DNA of 32,000 bases from Synechococcus sp. A15-28 (GCF_014280175.1 NZ_CP047931.1:1350001-1382000), one strand, 5' to 3'; numbered from the stretch's first letter, positions 9,536 through 17,542 are shown. The notes: generated by a model not told the origin, from the letters alone. Numbers and translations are program-made.

Positions 9536-9790
9536 GTGAAAAGAATGAATGCTTCAAAAAAGTCTCCAGCCTGCGTTCTACGTTGGAGCGTGCAAAAGGT
9601 TAGTCAGAATCACTATGCCGTCTCTGCCACGTTGGATGGACGTGAGTATGACTTTGTAGGCAACTTCAAGTCGATCACAGATGCGAACAGAGCTGGTCGT
9701 CGGTATGCATCAGACCTTCTGCACAATTCAGTTTCTGGAGGACGTCTATCGCTCCGGTCTCGATTGTCGCAAAAGCCAGTTCATAAGTAA
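9536..9790 (+). CDS. Hypothetical small basic protein, possibly AP2-like DNA-binding fold
   Basis: GTG at 9536, or ATG at 9545. The pattern LRWSVQK..HYAVSATLDGREYDFVGNFKSITDANRAGRRYA resembles the W-x-V / strand / G-x-F-x-x-x-x-x-A-x-x-A-Y layout of AP2 domains. This is an eye match only. Confidence 0.35.
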   Translation: MKRMNASKKSPACVLRWSVQKVSQNHYAVSATLDGREYDFVGNFKSITDANRAGRRYASDLLHNSVSGGRLSLRSRLSQKPVHK

Positions 9791-9814
9791 CAGACTTTCC
9801 CTATGCCACCGGCC

Positions 9815-10075
9815 CTACCTCACCGGTGGTGAACATTGCCTCCAACCCGCACTAAGCATTTTCTCCCAAACGTCGATAGCCTCGTGTTTCATCATCCGTC
9901 GACGTGATTCAGGAATCGGGTAATCAGGCGGGCGCCAGTGAAAGGTGCGCAATGTCACCCACTGTCCATCTGCTGTTGGATCTTCGGGCTTGAACTCAAC
10001 GACCTTCTGCTCGTTGACATTCACAAGCCATGCATGGCCGCGTGGTCTGAAGCTGTGGCGAGAAACGCGTTGCAC
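9815..10075 (-). CDS. DUF1651-like small protein (paralog of 12029..12301)
   Basis: The C-terminal 74 aa (GHAWLVNVNEQKVVEFKPED...RRRMMKHEAIDVWEKMLSAGWRQCSPP) align along their length with the ORF at 12029..12301. The start is uncertain: GTG at 10075 is proposed, while the track ORF runs to 10285. Confidence 0.6.
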   Translation of the reverse strand: MQRVSRHSFRPRGHAWLVNVNEQKVVEFKPEDPTADGQWVTLRTFHWRPPDYPIPESRRRMMKHEAIDVWEKMLSAGWRQCSPPVR

Positions 10076-10332
10076 TGAAATTTTGTCTGCAGACAGACAA
10101 GAGCCATGGCTGTTAGCACGGCGGATAGCCGCACCTGGCGAAGAAACTCGACATAGCAACCGGTGGCATTGATCGGTTTGAACCACCAACAACCGACGGC
10201 CTAGAACCAACTGCGCCAATGAGTATTTATTATTTAATTGGATTTGAGTCTCTTTCGAGAATTTAGGTAAAGTACTTAGGCCCAAAATACAGTTTTCGTT
10301 CTATTGGTAGAGAAGTTCCTCAAGGAGGTCTC

Positions 10333-10488
10333 ATGAAGGGTTTTCTGAAATGGTTCGGAGACGCCCTAGCTCATGCAATGGGCGCGATTGATGCAGAAGA
10401 AAAAAACCATATACCTCCTACAATTGGTATGACTCCCTACAGAGATAAGCCGACGAAAGGAACCCATGATTATTGGGACTATGCTTAG
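10333..10488 (+). CDS. Small ORF (51 aa) with a strong Shine-Dalgarno
   Basis: AAGGAGG lies 5 nt upstream of the ATG at 10333. Hand translation gives MKGFLKWFGDALAHAMGAIDAEEKNHIPPTIGMTPYRDKPTKGTHDYWDYA. A hairpin follows ~27 nt after the stop. Confidence 0.4.
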   Translation: MKGFLKWFGDALAHAMGAIDAEEKNHIPPTIGMTPYRDKPTKGTHDYWDYA

Positions 10489-10506
10489 TCCTTAAGGATT
10501 AAGCTC

Positions 10507-10536
10507 TTTAAAAAGGGGCTGATTTCGATCAGCCTC
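10507..10536 (-). terminator. Hairpin with T-run on the minus strand (possible rho-independent terminator; also closes the + strand 51-aa ORF)
   Basis: The GGGGCTGAT/ATCAGCCTC stem (10515-10536) is flanked on the minus strand by TTTTT (complement of 10510-10514). Confidence 0.45.
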
Positions 10537-10664
10537 CCACTTGCCTTCTACCTAATACCTGGTCGGCAGGCTTCTTAATCATGCAATCCAATAGCTCCTG
10601 AGCGTTTGCTTCATCCTGTTGATCAGGATCGATCGAACAACTTCTGCAGTGCATTCCGTTCGCC

Positions 10665-10802
10665 CTAAAGGGTGTTTGCTCGCATCGGCTTGCCGAGCGG
10701 CTTGGGCTGCCTTGGACGGTTTAGGAAAACCTTGCTGAGCCACCAAAGCTGCAGGCCCAGAAACAACACGGCCACCAGACCCAGCTCAAACGCTCCTTGC
10801 AT
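10665..10802 (-). CDS. Tiny membrane ORF (45 aa)
   Basis: Hand translation gives MQGAFELGLVAVLFLGLQLWWLSKVFLNRPRQPKPLGKPMRANTL, with one TM and a basic tail. The start overlaps the stop of the upstream 41-aa ORF (TGATG). Confidence 0.3.
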   Translation of the reverse strand: MQGAFELGLVAVLFLGLQLWWLSKVFLNRPRQPKPLGKPMRANTL

Positions 10803-10927
10803 CAGTAGTGCTTCTTCCGGTTCTCGATCGCGTCACGCTTGAAGCACTCCAACTCTTCTGGCGTATGGAGTGAGAGCTTCTGTGGCTTGCCCGTAAACCG
10901 TTGAAGGAGCTTTAGAAGGTGTTTCAT
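10802..10927 (-). CDS. Tiny ORF (41 aa) translationally coupled to the 45-aa ORF
   Basis: Hand translation gives MKHLLKLLQRFTGKPQKLSLHTPEELECFKRDAIENRKKHY. Its TGA shares one nt with the next ATG. Confidence 0.25.
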   Translation of the reverse strand: MKHLLKLLQRFTGKPQKLSLHTPEELECFKRDAIENRKKHY

Positions 10928-11130
10928 GCAAACAGTTTGGCGCGGATCTAGTGCTGCTTACCAGCGGCAACCCCCAACCGGGTCCACAACTGTGCTTGAT
11001 CTGGCGTCGTAACCCTTGAAGCCATTTCTGTTCAGCCATGTGGAGTAGATTTTTCCCGATGAGCAGAATTGTGAGCAGAAACGGCCTGAGATATGACAAC
11101 CCAGGTAGTACGCGGGGAGCAGAAGAGCAC

Positions 11131-11153
11131 AAAAAAAGCGGTCATATGACCGC
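11131..11153 (-). terminator. Rho-independent terminator downstream of tRNA-Ala
   Basis: Perfect hairpin GCGGTCATATGACCGC (11138-11153), followed on the minus strand by TTTTTTT (complement of 11131-11137). It lies 34 nt past the tRNA 3' end. Confidence 0.75.
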
Positions 11154-11186
11154 TAAAAACCCTGTCTAAAACAGTATTTTAAAGAA

Positions 11187-11259
11187 TGGAGCCAAGGAGA
11201 CTCGAACTCCTGACCCCCTGCATGCCATGCAGGTGCTCTACCAGCTGAGCTATGGCCCC
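11187..11259 (-). tRNA. tRNA-Ala (anticodon GGC)
   Basis: The reverse complement folds as a 73-nt cloverleaf: acceptor GGGGCCA/TGGCTCC with the G3:U70 Ala identity pair, D arm GCTC/GAGC, anticodon stem CCTGC/GCAGG with loop ATGGCAT, and T arm AGGAG-TTCGAGT-CTCCT. CCA is not encoded. Confidence 0.93.
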
Positions 11260-11324
11260 ATGAACGCCGGTGATGCCCTCAGGCTCGTGCCGCCGTCGTA
11301 TCCAAGCCTACACCGAAGGGGCAG

Positions 11325-11948
11325 TCACACCTGTCGCCACACCGCCACCAACTGGCCCTGCACCTCCACCTGTTCCGCCGGCAGCTCGATCGGGTCGTAG
11401 GCAGGGTTGGCCGCTTCCAGCACAACCGCTGCCCCTTTGCGGTGGAAATGCTTCAAGGTTGTCCCGCTGCCGGCCACCAGGGCACTGACGACGGTGCCGT
11501 TGCGCAGCCGCTGGGGATCAGGAACAGGCTCCATCAACACCACATCGCCATCAGCGATGTGGGCATCCACCATCGAATCGCCGTTCACCGTCAGCGCAAA
11601 CAGTCCTTGGGTTTCCAGAACCGGCGCCAGGTCCAGGTGCTCCTGAACATCATCAAACGCCGTCACCAGACCGCCGGCCGCCACGGCACCCAGCACGGGG
11701 ATGCCAGCAGCTGCAGCCATATCCCCCAGCAACTGCAGGGTCCGGGCCTGACCTTCCTGCCAGGTGATCCATCCCTTCTGCTGCAGATGGCGCAACCGGC
11801 TCTGAATCGGCGCGGGGGACCGCAACCCCATCGCCTGCATCATCTGGCGGATGGATGGGCTATGGCGATGGGTGCCGATGTAGTCCGCAAGCCAGTCGTA
11901 AAGCTCCTGCTGAGCAGAGGTCAACGGCTCCGGGGACGAGCTGGTCAC
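11325..11948 (-). CDS. lexA: LexA repressor (S24 autopeptidase with N-terminal winged HTH)
   Basis: ELYDWLADYIGTHRHSPSIRQMMQAMGL (HTH). Ala-Gly cleavage context VAAGG, catalytic Ser in NGDSM, and Lys in TLKHF. GTG at 11948 gives ~207 aa, whereas the upstream ATG at 12017 would add 23 non-conserved residues. Confidence 0.88.
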   Translation of the reverse strand: MTSSSPEPLTSAQQELYDWLADYIGTHRHSPSIRQMMQAMGLRSPAPIQSRLRHLQQKGWITWQEGQARTLQLLGDMAAAAGIPVLGAVAAGGLVTAFDDVQEHLDLAPVLETQGLFALTVNGDSMVDAHIADGDVVLMEPVPDPQRLRNGTVVSALVAGSGTTLKHFHRKGAAVVLEAANPAYDPIELPAEQVEVQGQLVAVWRQV

Positions 11949-11966
11949 GGAAGATCGCGCAGGAAC

Positions 11967-11980
11967 AATACATTTGTACC
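11967..11980. promoter_or_regulatory. Candidate LexA box in the lexA / DUF1651-like divergent region
   Basis: AATACATTTGTACC has reverse complement GGTACAAATGTATT. This is close to the cyanobacterial LexA-box pattern RGTAC-N3-DGTWCB / AGTACWNWTGTACT, with 1-2 mismatches. It lies 19 nt upstream of the proposed GTG start. Confidence 0.4.
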
Positions 11981-12028
11981 GGCGGTAACCATTCCGCGCA
12001 AGACCCCGCAGTCGCATTCAGCAGTCGC

Positions 12029-12301
12029 ATGTGGCAAAACCTGCCAAAACACAGCGACAAGCCGGAAAAGACCGGCGGTGAAGGCTGGCTGGTCAACCCG
12101 CAGCAGCAGAAGCTGGTGCAGTTCCAACCCGATTCAGCGACGGCCCACGCTCAATGGGTCGCCATACGGACGTTCCGCATCAACCCCGATCGTCCACCAG
12201 CACTGATCACCGGGCGACGGATGCTGCGGCACAACGCCATTGAGGCCTGGCAGACCATGCTCAAAATAGGATGGTCACGATGTCTTCCACCAAGACAATG
12301 A
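12029..12301 (+). CDS. DUF1651-like small protein (paralog of 9815..10075)
   Basis: From the ATG at 12029: MWQNLPKHSDKPEKTGGEGWLVNPQQQKLVQFQPD...GRRMLRHNAIEAWQTMLKIGWSRCLPP. It aligns with the island copy. The longer track ORF would overlap lexA. Confidence 0.65.
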   Translation: MWQNLPKHSDKPEKTGGEGWLVNPQQQKLVQFQPDSATAHAQWVAIRTFRINPDRPPALITGRRMLRHNAIEAWQTMLKIGWSRCLPPRQ

Positions 12302-12598
12302 TCAGGGTTGTTGTTGTTCGCGTAATGCCGCCATCTTGTCAACGCTGGAGCCAATGTTCTCCACCACAAAGCTGTCCATGCCGTTATCTCTGAGCCTGTA
12401 CAGATAGCCATTCAGCCAGGCGGTTTCACGATTGTTGGTTTCATGGCCGCGGTCCACAAAACCCTGCGTCTGGCGGAACACATGCAAAAGAATCTCCAGA
12501 ACATCCTGCGGGGAGAGTCGTTCAGCATCAATGAATGGAAACGCTTCCCTCACATCCATAAAAGAGATCTCGAGTGGTTTCTCCAACGTCTCAGACAC
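12302..12598 (-). CDS. Hypothetical protein (98 aa)
   Basis: ORF only. Its stop abuts the stop of the convergent 12029..12301 gene with no gap. No family recognised. Confidence 0.45.
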   Translation of the reverse strand: MSETLEKPLEISFMDVREAFPFIDAERLSPQDVLEILLHVFRQTQGFVDRGHETNNRETAWLNGYLYRLRDNGMDSFVVENIGSSVDKMAALREQQQP

Positions 12599-12710
12599 AG
12601 CAATCCATCTCGTGACCAGAAGTTTAGGCCTGGGATGTCTTCAAGGGGCCAACAGAGGCGCGGCGTTGGTCGCTAGAACCATCACGACGCTTCTGAATCA
12701 TCAGTCGACG

Positions 12711-12941
12711 ATGCAATCCCAGGATCTGGATCGGATCATTGAAATGGCCTGGGAGGACAGAACCACCTTCGAAGCCATCCACTACCAGTTCGGGCTATCA
12801 GAGCAGGAGGTGATTGCCCTGATGCGAACCCACATGAAGCCCTCCTCGTTCAAGATGTGGCGCAAAAGGGTGACAGGGCGCAAAACAAAACATGGCTCCA
12901 CCTCCGAATCAAACCGATTCAGAGCCAAGTGCCACCGCTGA
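12711..12941 (+). CDS. DUF2805 / TIGR03643 family protein
   Basis: From the ATG at 12711: DLDRIIEMAWEDRTTFEAIHYQFGLSEQEVIALMRTHMKPSSFKMWRKRVTGRKTKH, the hallmark block of this family as I recall it. Confidence 0.8.
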   Translation: MQSQDLDRIIEMAWEDRTTFEAIHYQFGLSEQEVIALMRTHMKPSSFKMWRKRVTGRKTKHGSTSESNRFRAKCHR

Positions 12942-12952
12942 ACAGCGTGCCT

Positions 12953-13909
12953 CTACAAGCCACCCATCAACGCTGCCAGCAGTGCTTGCTGCGCATGAAG
13001 ACGGTTTTCAGCCTGATCGAAAATGCGACTGTCGGAACCTTCCATCACCCCGGGGCTGATCTCTTCACCGCGGTGGGCGGGCAGGCAATGCAGCACAACC
13101 GCCCCACTGCCTGCTTCTTTCATTAAGTCCTCGTCAACACAGAAACCAGCGAAGGCCTGCTCCCGTTCCGCTTGTTCCTGCTCCTGGCCCATGGACGCCC
13201 ACACGTCGGTGTATACGGCCTGGGCACCCCGCACGGCATCACGCGGATCGTGAATGACCTCAATCGAGGCACCGTGCTGCGCCAGGGACCGGGCCTGCTC
13301 CAACACCCCGGATAAGGGCTCGAAACCCTGGGGGCAACCGATCCGCACATTCACCCCCAGCAGAGCCCCGCAGAGCATCAGGGAATGGGCCACGTTGTTC
13401 CCATCACCGATGTAGGCCAGGGTCTGGCCGGGTAGTTCGCCATGGGCTTCCCGCATCGTGAGGAAGTCGGCCAGGGCCTGGCAGGGGTGCTCGAGATCGG
13501 TGAGGGCATTGATCACCGGCACGGTGGCCCAGTGGGCGTAGTCCACCAACTCCTGCTGGGCAAAGGTGCGAACGGCCAGAACATCGCAGTAGCGACTGAG
13601 CACCCGCGCGGTGTCCTCCAGCGGCTCGCCGCGGCCCAACTGCGTCACCTGGGGATTGAGGTCCACCGTCTGGCCACCCAGACGGGCCATCGCCACCTGG
13701 AAGCTCACGCGGGTGCGCGTGGAAGCCTTGGTGAAAATCAGTCCTAGGACCCGATTGCCGAGGTCGATGCGACGGTCACCACGCTTCAGTTGAGCAGCCA
13801 GATCAAGAAGGGCTGATGTTCCCTCCGCCGAGCAATCAGCGGAGGAGAGGTAGTCACGGCCGCTGAGGGAGGAAAGAGCAGCAGCAACACCTGCAGCAGC
13901 AGTAGCCAT
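12953..13909 (-). CDS. argF: Ornithine carbamoyltransferase
   Basis: 318 aa with the carbamoyl-phosphate motif STRTR (FTKASTRTRVSF), the HPCQ block and HCLPAHRGEE. Confidence 0.93.
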   Translation of the reverse strand: MATAAAGVAAALSSLSGRDYLSSADCSAEGTSALLDLAAQLKRGDRRIDLGNRVLGLIFTKASTRTRVSFQVAMARLGGQTVDLNPQVTQLGRGEPLEDTARVLSRYCDVLAVRTFAQQELVDYAHWATVPVINALTDLEHPCQALADFLTMREAHGELPGQTLAYIGDGNNVAHSLMLCGALLGVNVRIGCPQGFEPLSGVLEQARSLAQHGASIEVIHDPRDAVRGAQAVYTDVWASMGQEQEQAEREQAFAGFCVDEDLMKEAGSGAVVLHCLPAHRGEEISPGVMEGSDSRIFDQAENRLHAQQALLAALMGGL

Positions 13910-13954
13910 CGTGACAATTCAAAGGACAGTTATCAGGGATGAACGCAGTCAGCG

Positions 13955-15853
13955 TCAAGCACTGACGGTCTCAGGCAGCACACTCGCCTCGAGCATCTGC
14001 TTGAGGTCATCCCCCTCAATCACCTCTTTTTCGAGGATTTTCTGGGAGATGGTCTCCAGCAGCGCCATGTTCTGGCGCAGGATCGCCAGGGCATCGTCAT
14101 GGGCGCGATCCACGAGTCCACGCACTTCCTTGTCGATCGCCTGAGCCGTGGTATCACTGACGGAGCGGCGGGGATTGTTGCCACCGCCCAGGAAGCGTCC
14201 GCCCCCTTGTTTGTCGTAGGCCAGAGGTCCCAGGGTGTCGCTCATGCCATAGGTCCCCACCATCTGCTCGGCGAGGTCCGTGGCCCGCTGCAGGTCGTTG
14301 GCGGCACCGGTGGTGATCTTGCCGAACACGATCTCCTCGGCGGAACGTCCCCCCAGCAGGGTGGCGATCTGGCCCTGCAGTTCCTCCTTGGAGTTGAGGA
14401 ACCGCTCTTCGGTGGGCAACTGCAGGGTGTAACCGAGGGCGCTCATCCCCCGGGGCACGATCGAAATCTTGGCCACCTTGCTTCCGCCTGGCATCAGGTG
14501 ACCGACGATCGCGTGACCCACTTCGTGGTAGGCCACCACTTTCTTCTCGTCGTCCTGCAGCACGCGGCTCTTCTTCTCAAGGCCCGCCACCACCCGCTCG
14601 ATGGCTTCCCCCAGATCCTGTTGCTCAACCTTGGTTCTGTAAGCACGGGCGGCGAGCAGGGCAGCTTCGTTCACCAGGTTGGCCAGATCGGCGCCGGCAA
14701 AGCCGCTGGTGGCCTGCGCCACGCTGTCCAGATCCACAGCATCAGCAAGTTTCACCTTCTTGGCGTAGATCTCGAGGATGGTCTTACGGCCGGACAGATC
14801 CGGGCGATCCACCAACACCTGGCGGTCAAATCGGCCCGGGCGCAGCAGCGCTGCATCCAGCACTTCGGGCTGGTTGGTGGCCGCCAACACGATCACTGGC
14901 TTGTCCTGGGCTGTGAAGCCATCCATCTCAGTGAGCAGCTGGTTCAGGGTCTGCTCCCGCTCGTCGTTGCCGCCAACCACGCCCATGGAACCGGAACGGC
15001 TCTTGCCGATGGCGTCGAGCTCGTCGATGAAAATGATGCAGGGGGCTTTCTTTTTGGCCTCTTCGAACAGATCCCGCACACGGGCTGCACCGGCGCCGAC
15101 GAACAGCTCAACGAACTCCGAGCCGGAGATGATGAAGAAGGGAACACCGGCTTCGCCGGCGACGGCCTTGGAGAGCAGGGTCTTGCCGGTACCGGGAGGC
15201 CCCACCAGCAGCACACCCTTGGGAATGCGTGCACCGATTTCGGCGTAACGCTCAGGGGTTTTGAGGAAATCGACGATCTCGGTGAGTTCCTGCTTCGCCT
15301 CGTCCACACCAGCGACATCAGCGAAGGTGACGCGGGATTCCTCATCCGGCACGTAGACCTTGGCCTTGCTCTTGGTGAAGCTCAAGGCACCCTGAGCGCC
15401 GCCCCCCATCGACCGACGGGCGAAGAATTGCAGCACCAGGATGAAGATCAGGGGAGGCACCACCCAGCTGAGGATGGTGGTGAAGATGTTGGGCTTCTTC
15501 GGTGGAGCTGCAGCGAATTCCACACCCTTGGTTTCCAACCGCTGGGGCAGATCCATATCGAAGATCGGCGTGGTGGCCAGCACCGGGGGCGTGCCCTCTT
15601 CGGGATCGCTGAGCTCGTAACGGATCTGTTCCTGGGTGATGTAAGCCCGTTTCACGGCGCCATCATTCACCTGATCGAGGAACAGCGAATACGGCACCTT
15701 GGGCACCTGCTGCATGGCGTTGTTGGGCACGAAGCTGCTCAGCAGCAACAGCACCCCGAAGCCGATCAGCACCAGGTTGATGATCCCGAAACGACGGTTC
15801 GGTCGGTTGTCGTCCTGTCGAATCGGCATGGCATCTGCCCGAGATCCCAGCAC
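13955..15853 (-). CDS. ftsH: ATP-dependent zinc metalloprotease FtsH
   Basis: 632 aa. Walker A is [10 protein letters not shown], Walker B is IIFIDELDA, the second region of homology is present, and the zinc motif is HEVGHA. An alternative ATG lies at 15829. Confidence 0.95.
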   Translation of the reverse strand: MLGSRADAMPIRQDDNRPNRRFGIINLVLIGFGVLLLLSSFVPNNAMQQVPKVPYSLFLDQVNDGAVKRAYITQEQIRYELSDPEEGTPPVLATTPIFDMDLPQRLETKGVEFAAAPPKKPNIFTTILSWVVPPLIFILVLQFFARRSMGGGAQGALSFTKSKAKVYVPDEESRVTFADVAGVDEAKQELTEIVDFLKTPERYAEIGARIPKGVLLVGPPGTGKTLLSKAVAGEAGVPFFIISGSEFVELFVGAGAARVRDLFEEAKKKAPCIIFIDELDAIGKSRSGSMGVVGGNDEREQTLNQLLTEMDGFTAQDKPVIVLAATNQPEVLDAALLRPGRFDRQVLVDRPDLSGRKTILEIYAKKVKLADAVDLDSVAQATSGFAGADLANLVNEAALLAARAYRTKVEQQDLGEAIERVVAGLEKKSRVLQDDEKKVVAYHEVGHAIVGHLMPGGSKVAKISIVPRGMSALGYTLQLPTEERFLNSKEELQGQIATLLGGRSAEEIVFGKITTGAANDLQRATDLAEQMVGTYGMSDTLGPLAYDKQGGGRFLGGGNNPRRSVSDTTAQAIDKEVRGLVDRAHDDALAILRQNMALLETISQKILEKEVIEGDDLKQMLEASVLPETVSA

Positions 15854-15915
15854 GCTACGAGGGATGAACCGTTGCTTACGGGTGGGAGAACCGAACGCCT
15901 TCTAACGTCACGTCC

Positions 15916-16542
15916 ATGTGCGGTCGCTACAGCCTCGATACGCCCCTGCAGCCGCTTCAGTCCCTGCTGCAACCGTGGCTGCGGGATGCCGACTGCGGCT
16001 GGTTGAAGCACTACGCACCACGGCGGTTGATCCGCCCAGGCGAACCGGTGCTGGCCCTCAGACGCGAACACGGCCTGAGTGTCACAAGCCACATGCTCTG
16101 GGGCCTGCTGCCGGGTTGGGTGAAGGATCCACTGACGGGGCCGAGGCCGATCAACGCCCGCGCTGAGACGCTGGAGGACAAAGCCTCCTTCCGTGGACCC
16201 TGGCGTCACCACCGCTGCCTGCTGCCGGCGGATGGATTTCTGGAGCAGGGAGAGCAGATCCGTCGCCAGGACGGGCAGCTGTTCTGGCTGGCCGGGCTCT
16301 GGGACCGCTGGATCGGCCCTGACGGCAGTGAAGTGGAGACCTGCTGCGTGATCACCACCAGGCCAAACGAATTTCTGGCGAGCTTGCACGACCGCATGCC
16401 GGTGATCGTTCCCCAGGGCCTCGAGGAGATCTGGCTGGAACCAGGGGATGGCGCCCATCGCCGGGCCCTTGAACCCATGCTGGAGCCATGGCCGAGTGAG
16501 GGTTGGAGCCGACGCGGCAGCTCACAACTCAGCTTGTTCTGA
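15916..16542 (+). CDS. SOS response-associated peptidase (SRAP/YedK, DUF159)
   Basis: Starts MCGRYSL with the catalytic Cys2. INARAETL and the RCLLPADGF block are typical of SRAP proteins. Confidence 0.85.
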   Translation: MCGRYSLDTPLQPLQSLLQPWLRDADCGWLKHYAPRRLIRPGEPVLALRREHGLSVTSHMLWGLLPGWVKDPLTGPRPINARAETLEDKASFRGPWRHHRCLLPADGFLEQGEQIRRQDGQLFWLAGLWDRWIGPDGSEVETCCVITTRPNEFLASLHDRMPVIVPQGLEEIWLEPGDGAHRRALEPMLEPWPSEGWSRRGSSQLSLF

Positions 16543-16586
16543 GGGCTCGGCCGCCGCACCATGCCGGCAGACACCACCTCAGGGAT

Positions 16587-17315
16587 ATGGCGCGACGACA
16601 GAAGGGTTCGCACCTGCGTCTGCTGCTGCTGTTCACCCTGCTGGTGCTGGTGGGATTCGCTTTCCCCTGGCTGATCTGGGCCACCCATCTGGGCTACAGC
16701 CTGATCGCCCTGCTGCTGACCCAGGTGATGGTGCGAGACAGCCAGGCTCCCGCTTGGAATGATCGTGCGTACCGCGGTCTGGGGTTGTTCGCGGTGCTGA
16801 CCATGTGGCTGTGGCTGCTCACACCGCTGGAGCTGATCTACAGCGGTGTACCGCTCGCCCTCAGCTGGAGTCTGTTGGTGGGCTGGAGTGTGATCCGGCT
16901 GGTCAAACGCTTTGCCGATGAGCCCAAGGTGACCGAATCACTGTTGATGGGTGCCACGGCGGGCTACCTGCACATCGGTCTGACCGCCGGACTAGTGATG
17001 AGTGCCCTGGAAACCATCCAGCCCGGCAGCTTTGAGCCATTGACGGTGGCGGATGCCGCCGACAGCAGCGTGCTGGCAGCTGCCCATGCCTTCTCCGCAA
17101 TCAACTACTACGCCTTCGTGTGCCTCACCACCGTCGGCTTCGGCGACATCAGCCCGATGCTGCCGCTGTCGCGAATCGTGAGTGTGGTCACGAGCATTGC
17201 CGGACCGCTTTATCTGGCGGCGGTGATGGGAGTGCTGATCGGCCGTTTCGCCAGCAGTCTCGACCGAGACGCCAGAACAGGGGAAGAAGCTCAGGAACCA
17301 ACCCCGTGGCCCTGA
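16587..17315 (+). CDS. Potassium channel-like membrane protein (pore loop TTVGFGD)
   Basis: From the ATG at 16587 there are several TM helices, followed by the selectivity-filter-like VCLTTVGFGDISP and a final TM. No obvious cytosolic gating domain. Confidence 0.75.
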   Translation: MARRQKGSHLRLLLLFTLLVLVGFAFPWLIWATHLGYSLIALLLTQVMVRDSQAPAWNDRAYRGLGLFAVLTMWLWLLTPLELIYSGVPLALSWSLLVGWSVIRLVKRFADEPKVTESLLMGATAGYLHIGLTAGLVMSALETIQPGSFEPLTVADAADSSVLAAAHAFSAINYYAFVCLTTVGFGDISPMLPLSRIVSVVTSIAGPLYLAAVMGVLIGRFASSLDRDARTGEEAQEPTPWP

Positions 17316-17317
17316 CC

Positions 17318-17542
17318 TCAGGCTGCTGACTGATCCGTCGTGCCTTGCAGCGCCTTCTGCTGCAGCTGCTGAACAGCACAGAGCGCTTCATGGGCAGGCC
17401 AGCCATGGCGGATCATCAACTCCTCCACCAAGTAATCGGGCGAGTTGGAGATCCTGGAATTCAACTCCGCAATGGCCCGGTCGCTGCGGGCCAGAGCAGA
17501 GAGCCGAAGCGATAGGAGTTCCTGGACGTTCGGCTGTTCCAT
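17318..17542 (-). CDS. Hypothetical protein (74 aa) downstream of ribD
   Basis: The internal ATG at 17542 avoids overlap with ribD (stop at 17568). The sequence is MEQPNVQELLSLRLSALARSDRAIAEL.... No family recognised. Confidence 0.45.
   Translation of the reverse strand: MEQPNVQELLSLRLSALARSDRAIAELNSRISNSPDYLVEELMIRHGWPAHEALCAVQQLQQKALQGTTDQSAA

Noticed and set aside
10083-10094. Perfect 12-bp palindrome TGTCTGCAGACA just upstream of the proposed start of the island DUF1651-like gene, considered as a LexA box
   Set aside because: It does not resemble the GTAC-based cyanobacterial LexA box. A single 12-bp palindrome containing a PstI site can occur by chance. I noted it only as a possible operator.
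10833-11132. 99-aa minus-strand ORF between the tRNA-Ala terminator and the mini-ORFs
   Set aside because: Its start codon sits inside the T-run of the tRNA terminator. The sequence has no features and overlaps the more plausible coupled mini-ORF in another frame. Confidence is too low to call it.
6020-11186. Direct repeat of the tRNA-Ala 3' end (att duplicate), and any integrase or transposase in the island
   Set aside because: I looked for copies of the acceptor/T-arm sequence (GGAGACTCGAAC..) and found only a 7-nt chance match at the SD of the 51-aa ORF. No ORF shows tyrosine-recombinase or DDE motifs. A mobile-element call is therefore not supported.
14099-16006. 635-aa ORF antisense to almost the entire ftsH gene
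   Set aside because: FtsH on the minus strand is certain. The antisense frame is open because of GC3-biased codon usage, and its product is rich in Gly, Leu, His, Gln and Asp, with no recognisable motif. I do not consider it a real overlapping gene without expression evidence.
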